Below are positions 17,506 through 28,038 of a DNA stretch of 64,000 nucleotides, piece after piece. The stretch is taken from contig JAZOVF010000008.1 in the NCBI GenBank assembly GCA_045658565.1, positions 49,051 through 113,050 on the forward strand, read 5' to 3'. Source of the DNA: Eubacteriales bacterium. Lineage in GTDB: Bacteria; Bacillota; Clostridia; Oscillospirales; CAG-272. The notes below the pieces were generated by a model. The model was given only the letters and a program-made list of their open reading frames with translations. It did no database searches and was not told the DNA's origin. The position numbers and the translations under genes were made by a program. How positions within the stretch are numbered: position 1 is the stretch's first letter; the number at the start of each line of letters is the position of its first letter.

Positions 17506-19500
17506 ATGTATACAGGCCACGTTTATCTGTATGACGGAACACCTCTTGAAAATATCAAGGTTACAGACGGCTTGAACATCTCAATAACCGACGAAAACGG
17601 TGCTTACACTCTTTCGGGGTGGGATAGAGCAAATGTGATTTCTGTCGGAGTTCTAACGCTTTATCATGACGATTGGTTTAGGTATATTGACTCTGGGCAC
17701 AGTGTATATGATTTCTATATTTCTCCGATTCCAAAGAAGGATTTCAGTCGTTTTGCTCACGTATCGGACACCGAAATATTCCTTGACAACGCAAAAATTG
17801 ACAAGTGGATAGATTTTGCAAGAAATACCTCAAAGAACGAGGATTGCGATTTTTTGATCCACACAGGCGATATTTGCCGTATAAGAGGACTTCAAACGCA
17901 TTATCGCGAGCTTAATTATCACACCTTGGGTATCCCTGTGAGATACACTATCGGTAACCACGATTACGTAAACGATAAGTACGGTGAATATAGCTTTGAG
18001 CGTCTTTACGGACCTATATATTATTCCTTTGACCACGGCGGAACTCATTACGTTGTGTTACCTATCAGAAAAGGCGAGACTGCCGGTCTTTACGAGCCCG
18101 ATGACTCGGTAAGATGGCTTAAAAACGACCTTTTATATAATAAATGTAAACAAATCGTTGTATTTTCACACAGTTTTTGCCACGAATCAGAGGAGGACTT
18201 CGTTTACGGCACAAGCGAGTCTGTTGACTTGAAGGAACACGGTATTCTCGCTTGGATATTCGGTCATCTTCACACAAACTTTTGCAACAAAACCGAGTGC
18301 GGTGCATTTAACATCTCAACTGCCCGTCCTGACCAGGGCGGCATAGACCTTTCGCCTGCTTGTATAAGAATTACCGATGTATGCGGTGCTGAACTTAGTA
18401 CAAAGCTTGTATATAACGAAAATAAATATACCGATAAAATTTCCACCTTTATCTATCGCAAAAAGCTTGGCGATGAATTCCTTTTCACCTCACCGATTTA
18501 TGCAGACGGTAGGATATATGCCGTAAGTTCTTCCGACGGTTATCCAAAGGATGCGTTTCTTTGCGCCTTGGACTCCGAGAGTGGAGAAATCATATATAAA
18601 AAACCGCTTAATTACGGAACAAAAACCGAGCCTGTATATAGTGATGGCAGACTGTTTTTGCTTGATACTAACGGAAATTTGCTCTGTTTTGACGTAAAGC
18701 ATGGCGACGTTTTGTGGAGCGTAAAGTTACCCGAAGCTTCTCCGAAATATTATAAGGGCGGTCTTTTAATAGACGAAGGACTTTTATACGTTCACGGCAG
18801 TTTAGGATTGGGGGGTTATTCGGCAGATGACGGAAAGTTGATGTTTTTCGCCGAAACAAACGGTAACGGCGGTACAAAGTCCGCAAAAATTCTGAAAATT
18901 GACGAAAAAATTGTATTTCCGTCTCAATGGGGACGATTTTGTGTCCTTGACGAGCAGGGAAATCTGTTATGGGATATACCGAGAATTAAGGATTCCTTGG
19001 CTTCTCCCGTTGCCGATGGCAGAACGGTTTACGTACCATCCGGCAGAACTTTGATAAAGTTGTCTGTCGATGACGGTGAGATTTTTGCAGAGACCGAAAA
19101 ATATTGCGACAGTGCATTCGATACACCCTCAAAGCCGCTTATTACAGACGAATTTATTTTCGTTTCAATGTCCGATTTCGGTGTTGTGGCGATGGATAAA
19201 GATAGTTTAGAAATAAGAAAGCGTTATGGTGTAGGCGAGTCCTTGATCGCCATTTGCCCTTATCTTGACCATTCGGCATACGTTGCGGTTGGCGATATAA
19301 TAGCCGTAACCGATAAAGTTATTATGTTTGCGTCCTGTGACGGAAATATATATTTCTATGATATTTACAGCGAAGAATGTATTAAAAAAATAAAAGTTGG
19401 AGCGCCATTGACCTCTACACCGATAATTTTTGAAAACAAGGTGGGCGTTGTCGATTTTTATGGCAATTTTACAGCTTATGAATTTCCAAAAATAAAATAA
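17506..19500 (+). CDS. Calcineurin-like metallophosphoesterase fused to a PQQ-like beta-propeller
   Basis: HVSDTE, HTGDI, GNHD, FGHLH motifs; C-terminal propeller repeats (ALDSESGEIIY, CFDVKHGDVLWS). Confidence 0.88.
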   Translation: MYTGHVYLYDGTPLENIKVTDGLNISITDENGAYTLSGWDRANVISVGVLTLYHDDWFRYIDSGHSVYDFYISPIPKKDFSRFAHVSDTEIFLDNAKIDKWIDFARNTSKNEDCDFLIHTGDICRIRGLQTHYRELNYHTLGIPVRYTIGNHDYVNDKYGEYSFERLYGPIYYSFDHGGTHYVVLPIRKGETAGLYEPDDSVRWLKNDLLYNKCKQIVVFSHSFCHESEEDFVYGTSESVDLKEHGILAWIFGHLHTNFCNKTECGAFNISTARPDQGGIDLSPACIRITDVCGAELSTKLVYNENKYTDKISTFIYRKKLGDEFLFTSPIYADGRIYAVSSSDGYPKDAFLCALDSESGEIIYKKPLNYGTKTEPVYSDGRLFLLDTNGNLLCFDVKHGDVLWSVKLPEASPKYYKGGLLIDEGLLYVHGSLGLGGYSADDGKLMFFAETNGNGGTKSAKILKIDEKIVFPSQWGRFCVLDEQGNLLWDIPRIKDSLASPVADGRTVYVPSGRTLIKLSVDDGEIFAETEKYCDSAFDTPSKPLITDEFIFVSMSDFGVVAMDKDSLEIRKRYGVGESLIAICPYLDHSAYVAVGDIIAVTDKVIMFASCDGNIYFYDIYSEECIKKIKVGAPLTSTPIIFENKVGVVDFYGNFTAYEFPKIK

Positions 19501-19523
19501 AAAATACATATAGGAGAAAAATT

Positions 19524-20162
19524 ATGAAAATCGCACTTATTAACGAAAACAGCCAGGCGGCTAAGAACGCTCTTATCGAGTCTACTCTTCGCTCTGTTGT
19601 TGAGCCTCTCGGTCACGAGGTGTTTAACTACGGAATGTACTCCGCAGAGGATAAGGAGCAGCTTACCTACGTTCAGATCGGTATTCTTTCCGCAATTCTT
19701 CTTAACTCCGGCGCTTGCGACCTTGTAATCACAGGTTGCGGCACAGGCGAGGGAGCTATGCTTGCTTGTAACTCTTTCCCCGGTGTTCTTTGCGGTCACG
19801 TTGTTGATCCTACCGACGCTTATCAGTTTACTCAGGTTAATAACGGTAACGCTATCTCTATGCCTTTCGCTAAGGGCTGGGGCTGGGGCTGTGAACTTAA
19901 CCTTCAGTACGTTTTTGAAAAGCTCTTCGTTTCCGAGTGGGGTCTTGGCTATCCTCGTGAGAGAGCAGTTCCCGAGCAGAGAAACAAGAAGATTCTTGAC
20001 GAGGTTAAAAAGGTAACTCACACCGATATGGTTTACATTCTCGAAAACCTTGACAGAGATCTTGTTAAGGGAGCTATTGCAGGTCCTAAGTTCCAGGAGT
20101 ACTTTTTCGCAAATTGCAAGTGCCCTGAAATCAAGGCTGCTGTTGAAAAGCTTCTTAAGTAA
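19524..20162 (+). CDS. RpiB/LacA/LacB family sugar isomerase with C-terminal extension (DhuI-like)
   Basis: MKIALINENSQAAKN, TGCGTGEGAMLACNSFPGV, FAKGWGWGCELNL. Confidence 0.9.
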   Translation: MKIALINENSQAAKNALIESTLRSVVEPLGHEVFNYGMYSAEDKEQLTYVQIGILSAILLNSGACDLVITGCGTGEGAMLACNSFPGVLCGHVVDPTDAYQFTQVNNGNAISMPFAKGWGWGCELNLQYVFEKLFVSEWGLGYPRERAVPEQRNKKILDEVKKVTHTDMVYILENLDRDLVKGAIAGPKFQEYFFANCKCPEIKAAVEKLLK

Positions 20163-20324
20163 TACATAAGTTTACGGTGCACTTTCGGTTTTCGACGGTG
20201 CGCCAACCGCATATTTGACAATAATTGTTTGCAAAAGCAGCTACTTTTACGTGCTTTATCTATTTGAAACCTTGAGTAATTGTCGGTTGCTTTGCTTGAA
20301 AAAAATAAGCATTTAATAGATTCT

Positions 20325-21107
20325 ATGAAAACAAAAAAGCAAATTAAATCAGAATATAAAGCAGCGCTTTTATCGGCAAAGGAGCGCTTTGTAAACGAGT
20401 GCGATAATGCCGAGCAGATTTATAAAAAAGAAATTGATGAGTTGCGTATAAGCGAGGGCAAGCCTGTGCCTAAGGACCCGCCAAAGCGCTCGCTCATTGA
20501 AGAAATAGGAAATTCGGTAACTCATGGATTAGGCAGTATTTTTGCTGTTGTTGCGTTGATTCTTATGGTAATATCAGCCGATAGAGCAGAGGAATACATC
20601 TCGGCGGCCATATACTTTGTAGGACTTTTCTCTATGTTCACAATGAGCTGTCTTTACCACGCGTTCCGTCATGGCTCCGGAGTAAAAAGACTGTTCAGAC
20701 GATTTGATTATTCGGGCATATATCTTCTTATTGGAGCTACGTTTGCCCCTGTTTTGATATGCTATTTCGGTAATCTTTTCGGCTTTATATTCTTTACTGT
20801 TCAGTGGGCTGTAATAGCTGCGGGAATCAGTCTTGTTGGAGTTTTTGGTCCTACCAGACTTCGTTTTCTCCATATTCCCATGTATGTAATATTGGGTTGG
20901 AGTGCCTTGATGCTTTTGCCGTTTATGATTTTTGGCGGGGCATCCGAGCTTGCAACCTGGATACTGCTTGGCGGTGTTATTTACACTATAGGTATAATTC
21001 CATTTGCTATTAAATTGAAGGGTTCTCACTTTATCTGGCATTTCTTTGTTCTGGCCGGTGCAATAGCCCAATGGGTAGGAATATATATGCATCTTTATTT
21101 GGCATAA
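20325..21107 (+). CDS. Hemolysin III / PAQR family membrane protein
   Basis: EEIGNSVTHG, SCLYH, RRFDYSGIYLLIGAT, HFIWHFFV. Confidence 0.92.
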   Translation: MKTKKQIKSEYKAALLSAKERFVNECDNAEQIYKKEIDELRISEGKPVPKDPPKRSLIEEIGNSVTHGLGSIFAVVALILMVISADRAEEYISAAIYFVGLFSMFTMSCLYHAFRHGSGVKRLFRRFDYSGIYLLIGATFAPVLICYFGNLFGFIFFTVQWAVIAAGISLVGVFGPTRLRFLHIPMYVILGWSALMLLPFMIFGGASELATWILLGGVIYTIGIIPFAIKLKGSHFIWHFFVLAGAIAQWVGIYMHLYLA

Positions 21108-21122
21108 AATTTCGGAGGTTTT

Positions 21123-22127
21123 ATGGAATTTTTAACTGATATTGCAGAGTGGTGTATGCCGTTTCTGTATTTTTTGAGAGACATCGGAAATCCTGTTTTT
21201 GACTTCTTCTTTGAAACAGTAACGCATCTTGGTGAGGAAACGGTATTCCTTGCTATTTCAATAGTTTTCTTCTGGTGTATTGATAAGAGAGAGGGGTATT
21301 TTATCCTCCTTTCGGGACTGCTTGGCACGCTGATAAACCAGGCGGCAAAGCTTGCCTGCAGTGTTCCGAGACCCTGGCACATAAACCCTGATTTTCAGCC
21401 TGTCGGAGATTCTAAAATTGAGGCTACCGGCTATTCATTCCCCTCGGGACATACTCAGAATACTGCTACGACATTTGGCTGTATTGCGGCATATAATCGC
21501 AAAAAGCGCTGGGTAACGGTTGTTTCTGTTATCATAATTGCTCTTGTGTCATTCTCGCGTATGTATCTTGGTGTTCATACACCTCTTGATGTTGTAACAT
21601 CCCTCCTTGTGTCCCTCGGTCTTGTGCTTATACTTCGCCCTTGGTTTGAGACAGAAGAGAAATTTGATAAGGCATATCCTGTTATCGTTGTTATCTCAGT
21701 AGTTCTTTCTGTCGCATTTCTCGGTTATGTTCTGCTTGTCAAAGCAGATGCTAGCCTTGATGCAGAAAACTATAACAGCGCATTTAAAAATGCCTGCACT
21801 CTCCTTGGTTGTACGGTTGGTCTTGTTGTAGTATGGTTCGTTGATACGACCTATGTAAACTTTGATACAAAGGCTTCGTGGTATGCTCAGATAATCAAGG
21901 CGGCAATTGGCTTTGTAATTGTTCTGGCTATAAAAGCCGGCCTTTCTGCGCCCTTGACAGCCCTTTTTGGTAACGAGCAGATAGCAAGGATTATAAGATA
22001 TTTTCTTATAGTTGTGTTTGCAGGAGCAGTATGGCCATTGACGTTTAAAAAATTTAGCGAAATTAAAATTAAGGCCTTGGATAATTTTGGCGCAAAGATA
22101 AAAACAAAATTTACTAAAAAAGCATAA
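21123..22127 (+). CDS. PAP2 family membrane phosphatase
   Basis: K..CSVPRP, SFPSGH, SRMYLGVHTPLDV. Confidence 0.92.
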   Translation: MEFLTDIAEWCMPFLYFLRDIGNPVFDFFFETVTHLGEETVFLAISIVFFWCIDKREGYFILLSGLLGTLINQAAKLACSVPRPWHINPDFQPVGDSKIEATGYSFPSGHTQNTATTFGCIAAYNRKKRWVTVVSVIIIALVSFSRMYLGVHTPLDVVTSLLVSLGLVLILRPWFETEEKFDKAYPVIVVISVVLSVAFLGYVLLVKADASLDAENYNSAFKNACTLLGCTVGLVVVWFVDTTYVNFDTKASWYAQIIKAAIGFVIVLAIKAGLSAPLTALFGNEQIARIIRYFLIVVFAGAVWPLTFKKFSEIKIKALDNFGAKIKTKFTKKA

Positions 22128-22134
22128 AGTCTCC

Positions 22135-22173
22135 ACACAGCTGCAGAAAAAGTAACTGCGGCTGTGTTTTTTT
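22135..22173 (+). terminator. Intrinsic terminator
   Basis: acacagctgcag / ctgcggctgtgt followed by a T tract. Confidence 0.85.
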
Positions 22174-22245
22174 ATAAATACCCCTTTACATTTTAAAAGA
22201 TTTATGATAAAATAATATGAATAATAATCTTTGGAGATTCATTTT

Positions 22246-22698
22246 ATGAAATGCCCTGTTTGTAATTCGCCGGATTCAAGAGTTCTTGATTCCCGTCCCA
22301 TAGATGAAGGCGCGAGCATAAAGCGCCGCCGCGAATGCCCCTCCTGTGGTAAGAGATTTACCACTTATGAGGTTGTTGATACCGTTCCGATAGCTGTAGT
22401 AAAGCGTGACGGCAGACGTGAGTTCTTTGATAAGCATAAGCTTATTCTCGGAATTGAGCGTGCCTGCCAGAAGCGCCCTGTGAACGCCGAGGAGATAGCA
22501 GCATCTATAGAGGCGGAGCTTCAGAATTCCATAATTACCGAAATTTCCTCGAAAAACATTGGCGAAATGGTTCTCACAAGACTTAAGGAGCTTGATATAG
22601 TTTCCTATATCCGTTTTGCTTCTGTTTACCGTGAGTTTAAGGACGTTGATTCCTTTATGAACGAGATAACCAATCTTTCAGCCCGTAAGAAAAAATAA
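22246..22698 (+). CDS. nrdR: Transcriptional repressor NrdR
   Basis: MKCPVC...SRVLDSR...RRRECPSCGKRFTTYE; ATP cone; YIRFASVYREF; promoter TTTACA-17-TAAAAT at 22185-22213. Confidence 0.97.
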   Translation: MKCPVCNSPDSRVLDSRPIDEGASIKRRRECPSCGKRFTTYEVVDTVPIAVVKRDGRREFFDKHKLILGIERACQKRPVNAEEIAASIEAELQNSIITEISSKNIGEMVLTRLKELDIVSYIRFASVYREFKDVDSFMNEITNLSARKKK

Positions 22699-22716
22699 AT
22701 TTTTCGGAGAAAACTG

Positions 22717-23601
22717 ATGATTAAAAGTATGACAGCCTTCGGCAGAGCAAAACGCGAGGGTACTGAAAAGGATATTACAATCGAGATAAAAAGCGTAAAT
22801 TCTCGCTTCTTTGACTGTAATGTAAAGCTTCCCAGAGCATACATTTTTCTTGAGGAGAGAATAAAGGAATATGTTAAGGGCGCTGTCTCACGTGCAAAGG
22901 TTGATGTTTTTGTAACCGTAGACAACCACACCTCAGGTGTAGGTAATGTTAGTATAGATAAGGCCTTTGCCGAAAGCTATATCGCAGCTCTGCGCAGCCT
23001 TGGCGCAGAGTTCGGCTTAAAGGACGATATCAGCATAATGACGGTTGCGAGAAACCAGGATATATTGACCTTTGACAGACCTGAGGAGGATCTTGAAGCC
23101 GAGTGGCAGGTATTTAAAGAAGTCCTTGATGAAGCAATTGCGGGTTACACCGCTATGCGTACAGTAGAGGGTGAAAAGGCAGAGCGTGATATCAAGGCAA
23201 AAATCGAGCTTGTAAGAGAATATGCTGCCGAGGTTGAATCAATTTCAAAAGAGGATACCGTAGGTTACCGCGATAAGCTTGAAGCAAGAATACGTGCAAT
23301 TCTCGGAGAGGTTGACGTACAGGTTGACGAAAACCGCCTGCTTACCGAGTGTGCAATATGGGCTGATAAAATAGCTATAGACGAGGAGCTTGTAAGGCTT
23401 CGCTCTCACTTTGGCGCATTCTATGATATAGCCGCGTCAAAAGAGCCTTCGGGCAGAAAGCTTGACTTCCTTATGCAGGAATTAAACCGTGAAACAAATA
23501 CCATAGGCTCTAAGTGCAATAATGCGAAGATTGCCCGTATTGTTGTAAACATGAAAGGCGAATTAGAGAAGATTAGAGAGCAAGTTCAAAATATAGAGTA
23601 A
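22717..23601 (+). CDS. yloC: YicC/YloC family endoribonuclease
   Basis: MIKSMTAFGR, EIKSVNSRF, GRKLDFLMQELNRETNTIGSK, EKIREQVQNIE. Confidence 0.96.
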   Translation: MIKSMTAFGRAKREGTEKDITIEIKSVNSRFFDCNVKLPRAYIFLEERIKEYVKGAVSRAKVDVFVTVDNHTSGVGNVSIDKAFAESYIAALRSLGAEFGLKDDISIMTVARNQDILTFDRPEEDLEAEWQVFKEVLDEAIAGYTAMRTVEGEKAERDIKAKIELVREYAAEVESISKEDTVGYRDKLEARIRAILGEVDVQVDENRLLTECAIWADKIAIDEELVRLRSHFGAFYDIAASKEPSGRKLDFLMQELNRETNTIGSKCNNAKIARIVVNMKGELEKIREQVQNIE

Positions 23602-23687
23602 AATTTTGAGAATTGCGGCAGATTTTTTGTCTTGCAGTAGTTTTCTACAGCCGGCGGCGAAAAAATCTTTGCACTTCATCAAAATTT
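23601..23687. repeat. Long imperfect palindrome related to the post-aspS element
   Basis: aaattttga...agattttt...gtag-tttt-ctac...aaaaatct...tcaaaattt, starting at the yloC stop codon. Confidence 0.7.
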
Positions 23688-23751
23688 GTAATTTTGCGAA
23701 ATTCTCCGTATTTTAAGCGCCTCACTTTCAGTTGTTGAAAAGGGAAGAGAT

Positions 23752-24018
23752 ATGAAATTCATAAATATTGGTTTTGGAAACATGGTTTCCGCAGGCAGAA
23801 TAGTTGCAATAGCTTCTCCCGATTCCGAGCCCATAAAGAGGCTTGTAAGAGATGCTAAAGAAGAAGGCAGGGTTATTGACGTATCCTGCGGCAGAAGAAC
23901 CAGGGCGGTAATAGTTACCGACTCTGAACACGTCATTCTCTCGGCAATACAGACCGAGACTATAACAAACCGTCTGTCTATTGATGACGATATAGACGAC
24001 GAAGCAGAAGAAGAGTAA
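23752..24018 (+). CDS. remA: RemA / DUF370 family regulator
   Basis: [27 protein letters not shown]...[24 protein letters not shown]. Confidence 0.95.
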   Translation: MKFINIGFGNMVSAGRIVAIASPDSEPIKRLVRDAKEEGRVIDVSCGRRTRAVIVTDSEHVILSAIQTETITNRLSIDDDIDDEAEEE

Positions 24019-24051
24019 AATAATTTGCCGAATGGCAGAATGGAGATAAAT

Positions 24052-24321
24052 ATGATATATCCTACAATTGACCAGCTTACAAAGGGTGAGTTCAACCGCT
24101 ATGAGCTTGTTGTCGGTGTTGCAAAATGCGCCCGCATCGTTACCGATGAGTACATCGAAATGAGAAGCCGTGCTCAGAAGATGATTGACAACCACGAGAC
24201 CGAGAAGCCTCTTGCGGCTCTTATCGACCCTGAGTACAAGGATAAAAAGGCTGTTAAAATAGCTATCGGAAAGCTTGAGGAGGGCAGATTTAAGCTTGCC
24301 CGTCCCGAAAATCTAAAGTAA
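24052..24321 (+). CDS. rpoZ: RNA polymerase omega subunit
   Basis: MIYPTIDQL...NRYELVVGVAKCAR...KAVKIAI; located between remA and priA. Confidence 0.85.
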   Translation: MIYPTIDQLTKGEFNRYELVVGVAKCARIVTDEYIEMRSRAQKMIDNHETEKPLAALIDPEYKDKKAVKIAIGKLEEGRFKLARPENLK

Positions 24322-24346
24322 AAAAACAAAATGGAAGGTGAGCGGA

Positions 24347-26587
24347 ATGTATTGTGAGGTATATCTTTTTGATGCGCCATATCATATAGACCGCCCCTTT
24401 GACTATTCCTGTGACGATAGTGTTTATCCCGGCTGTATCGTCGATGTGCCCTTTGGAAAGGCAAACAAGCTCCGTCGGGGTGTTGTTTTTTCTGTAAAAA
24501 GCAACGCTGACGGGGACAAAATAAAGCCCGTGCATTCGGTTTTAACCAACCGATATTCCTTTAGCCAGGAGATGCTCGGGCTATGCTTGTTTTTGAAGGA
24601 ATACACTCTTTGCACCTTTGGCGAGGCTGCAAAAACAATATTACCCCCCGGGGCAACAAATTCTCTTCCTAACATAAGCTATAAAAAGACGGTAACACTT
24701 GCCGTCTCGAGAGAGACTGCCGTAACCTTGCTTAATGCAAAGGGCAGGGCGGGTATAAGCAGCGAGGGGCAGCGTGAGATAATAAAATATCTTTTGGATA
24801 TTGGAAGCGCTGATATGGAGCTTGTACGAGGGCTTCACGGTGTAACACCGACACACGTTAAGGCTCTTGAAAATAAGGGAATCGTAAATCTTATCGCAAC
24901 CGAGACCTTCCGTAACCCTTACTCGGCATATGCCAGAGAAAAAGACACCTCGGAAATAATATTAAGTGACGAGCAGCAAAGGGCTTTTGATACAATCCAG
25001 TCGCTTTATTCTGCGCCTACTGCCAAGGCGGCACTTCTTTACGGAGTTACGGGTAGCGGAAAAACAAAGGTTATAATGCGGGCAATAGACCGCACCTTGA
25101 AAGACGGTAAAACTGTTATAATGCTTGTGCCGGAGATTTCTCTGACACCCCAGACGGTAAACATTTTCTGTAAGAGGTATGGTGAGCGAGTTGCGGTTAT
25201 TCATTCCTCGCTTTCAAAGGGGGAGAGGCTTGATGCCTGGCGCAGAATAAAGGCAGGAGATGCCCGACTTGTTATAGGTACGCGCTCGGCAATATTCGCC
25301 CCTCTTGAAAATATAGGGCTAATTGTAATTGACGAGGAGCACGAGCACACCTACAAATCCGAGTCTGACCCCAAGTACCACGCAAGAGACGTTGCGGCAT
25401 ACAGGTGCGGCAAGGCTAATGCACTAATGCTTCTTGCCTCTGCAACCCCCTCTCTTGAAAGCTTCTATAAGGCACAGCAGGGAAATTACACTCTGGTAAC
25501 TCTTCGTCAGCGCTATGGTGGAGTAAAGCTGCCTGAGGCTATTATAGTTGATATGCGTGAGGAGCTGAGGCTTGGTAATACCTCTCCCATAAGCCAAAGG
25601 CTTCACGACGAGTTAAAAGAGGTTTATGACAGGGAAAACCAGGCAATAATCTTCCTTAACCGAAGAGGCTATTCAACACAAATAAGCTGCAAGGAATGCG
25701 GAGATGTAATAAGCTGTCCGAGATGCTCGGTGTCCTTGACATTCCATAACGGAGAGGGCGGAGGAAAGCTCCTTTGCCATCTTTGCGGATATACCGAAAA
25801 AACACCTAAGTGCTGCCCCTCATGCGGAGCGGAAAAGCTTTCGTTTTTGGGATACGGTACTCAAAAGCTTGAGGGAGAATTAAACCGTTTTCTTCCCGAC
25901 ATGAGCGTTATGCGTATGGATGCCGATACCACAAGCGGTAAGCTTGCATACGATAAAATGCTTGAGGATTTCAGAAAATCAAAGGCAGATATACTTCTCG
26001 GCACACAAATGGTGGCCAAGGGACACGATTTTCCAAAGGTAACTCTTGTTGGTGTAGCTCTTGCCGACACGTCGCTCTATGTCAGCGATTTTCGCGCCTC
26101 GGAGCGTACTTTCTCCCTGCTTACTCAGGTTATCGGCAGAGCAGGACGAGCACTTGACGGCGGTGTTGCGGTTATACAGACCTTTGCGCCGAAAAACGAG
26201 GTTATAAGACTTGCGTGCCTTCAGGATTATGATAAATTCTACGAGGGCGAGATTGCCGTAAGACGTGAGCTTTCATACCCTCCGTTTTGCGATATGGTTC
26301 AGCTTACCCTAACGGCAGATGACGAGGGAGAGTTGCAAAAAAGCTCGGCAGAGCTTCATGAAAAAATAATTGAAAAAATAAAAACAAGCTATACAAAGCT
26401 TCCATTTATTGTATTCGGCCCCTTTGAGGCACAGGTATATAAATTAAACGAAAAATACAGAATGCGTATGGTAGTCAAATGTCGCCTAACAAAAGAATCT
26501 CGAAGGCTCTTCCACGAGTTGCTCTCGGAGTTTTCTCTTAACCGCGATGTAACTCTGGCGGTAGACTTAAACCCGCTTACTGTATAA
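24347..26587 (+). CDS. priA: Primosomal protein N'
   Basis: GVTGSGKT, DEEH, LNRRGY, CxxC zinc motifs, GTQMVAKGHDFP. Confidence 0.98.
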   Translation: MYCEVYLFDAPYHIDRPFDYSCDDSVYPGCIVDVPFGKANKLRRGVVFSVKSNADGDKIKPVHSVLTNRYSFSQEMLGLCLFLKEYTLCTFGEAAKTILPPGATNSLPNISYKKTVTLAVSRETAVTLLNAKGRAGISSEGQREIIKYLLDIGSADMELVRGLHGVTPTHVKALENKGIVNLIATETFRNPYSAYAREKDTSEIILSDEQQRAFDTIQSLYSAPTAKAALLYGVTGSGKTKVIMRAIDRTLKDGKTVIMLVPEISLTPQTVNIFCKRYGERVAVIHSSLSKGERLDAWRRIKAGDARLVIGTRSAIFAPLENIGLIVIDEEHEHTYKSESDPKYHARDVAAYRCGKANALMLLASATPSLESFYKAQQGNYTLVTLRQRYGGVKLPEAIIVDMREELRLGNTSPISQRLHDELKEVYDRENQAIIFLNRRGYSTQISCKECGDVISCPRCSVSLTFHNGEGGGKLLCHLCGYTEKTPKCCPSCGAEKLSFLGYGTQKLEGELNRFLPDMSVMRMDADTTSGKLAYDKMLEDFRKSKADILLGTQMVAKGHDFPKVTLVGVALADTSLYVSDFRASERTFSLLTQVIGRAGRALDGGVAVIQTFAPKNEVIRLACLQDYDKFYEGEIAVRRELSYPPFCDMVQLTLTADDEGELQKSSAELHEKIIEKIKTSYTKLPFIVFGPFEAQVYKLNEKYRMRMVVKCRLTKESRRLFHELLSEFSLNRDVTLAVDLNPLTV

Positions 26588-26603
26588 AAAAGAGGATAAA
26601 AAA

Positions 26604-27071
26604 ATGGCAAAATTAAAGATTGTAAAATTCGGTGACCCAATGCTCAGAAAGGTCTCGCGCCCCGTAACCGAGATTACCCCCAGAATATGCACGCTGATAG
26701 ACGATATGATAGAAACTATGCGTGAGGCAGGCGGCTGCGGACTTGCGGCGGTACAGGTAGGCGTTCTTCGCCGTATTGCTGTTATTGAGGTTGAAGAGGG
26801 CAAGGTTTATGAGTTGATAAACCCCAAGATTATCTCCTTTGCAGGTGAGCAAGAGGATAATGAGGGTTGCCTTTCAAACCCCGGAAACTACGGTATAACA
26901 AAGCGTCCAAGGGCAGTAACTGTAAGAGCAACAGACCGCAAGGGTAATGAATATGAGCTTACAGGCACAGACCTTCTTGCAAGAGCTATCTGCCACGAGT
27001 GCGACCACCTTGACGGAAAGCTTTATACAGATGTGCAGATACGTCCTCTGCGCCCCGAAGAGCTTAAGTAA
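26604..27071 (+). CDS. def: Peptide deformylase
   Basis: GCGLAAVQVG, EGCLS, HECDHLDG. Confidence 0.98.
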   Translation: MAKLKIVKFGDPMLRKVSRPVTEITPRICTLIDDMIETMREAGGCGLAAVQVGVLRRIAVIEVEEGKVYELINPKIISFAGEQEDNEGCLSNPGNYGITKRPRAVTVRATDRKGNEYELTGTDLLARAICHECDHLDGKLYTDVQIRPLRPEELK

Positions 27072-27084
27072 AAGGAATTAAAGT

Positions 27085-28017
27085 ATGAAAATAATGTTTA
27101 TGGGTACGCCTGAGATTTCTGCCACCTGCTTAAAGAGACTTATCGACGACGGCCATAATGTAACAAGCGTTATTTCCCGTGAGGATAAGCCGAGGGGTCG
27201 TAAAATGATTATGACTCCCACCGCAGTAAAGCTTTTGGCGCTTGAAAATAATATCCCCGTATATACACCGAAAACTCTTCGTGACGAGGAATTTTTCTCT
27301 CTTTTAGAGGAGCTTTCCCCTGACTTAATAGTGGTTGTAGCCTATGGCAAAATTCTGCCGTCGGAGGTGATAAATTACCCGAAATACGGCTGTATAAACC
27401 TTCATGTGTCCTTGCTTCCGAAGTATAGGGGTGCCGCTCCTATGCAGAGAGCGATTATGGAGGGTGAAGAAAAAACAGGCGTTACTGTAATGTATATGGA
27501 CGAGGGGCTTGATACAGGCGACATTATTGCCGTGTCCGAGTTTGAAATAGGTCCTACCGATGACTTCGAGGCGATACACGACCGCTCTGCCGAAATAGGC
27601 TCAGCCCTGCTTTCAAAAACCATCCACGATATTGCGGCAGGAAGCATTCAAAGAATAAAGCAGGACGACTCCATTGCAACCTATGCTAAGAAGGTTGAAA
27701 AGGAAGATTGTAAACTAGACCTTACATTATCGGCTAAAAATCTTGATTTTATCATCAGAGGAGTAACACCAATCCCCGGTGCGTTTGTTTATCATAACGG
27801 CAAAATGCTGAAGATAAATAAGGCAACCCCCATAGAAAAGAATGCCGAGGCAGGTAAGGTTGTGGCTCTTGATGAAAAGGGCGATGGCTCTATCACCGTA
27901 GGCTGCGGCGATGGCTCATTGCTTGTTACATCGGTTATCCCCGAGGGCAAGGGCAAAATGTCTGCGGGTGACTATATTCGCGGAAGAAAAATAGTCATCG
28001 GAGATAATTTTGAATAA
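27085..28017 (+). CDS. fmt: Methionyl-tRNA formyltransferase
   Basis: FMGTPE, VVAYGKILP, NLHVSLLPKYRGAAP, GLDTGD. Confidence 0.98.
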   Translation: MKIMFMGTPEISATCLKRLIDDGHNVTSVISREDKPRGRKMIMTPTAVKLLALENNIPVYTPKTLRDEEFFSLLEELSPDLIVVVAYGKILPSEVINYPKYGCINLHVSLLPKYRGAAPMQRAIMEGEEKTGVTVMYMDEGLDTGDIIAVSEFEIGPTDDFEAIHDRSAEIGSALLSKTIHDIAAGSIQRIKQDDSIATYAKKVEKEDCKLDLTLSAKNLDFIIRGVTPIPGAFVYHNGKMLKINKATPIEKNAEAGKVVALDEKGDGSITVGCGDGSLLVTSVIPEGKGKMSAGDYIRGRKIVIGDNFE

Positions 28018-28038
28018 ATTTAAAGAAAGGAGAGAGAA

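Noticed and set aside
23728-24195. Minus-strand ORFs over remA and rpoZ as a hidden gmk
   Set aside because: No P-loop or guanylate kinase motif in those translations
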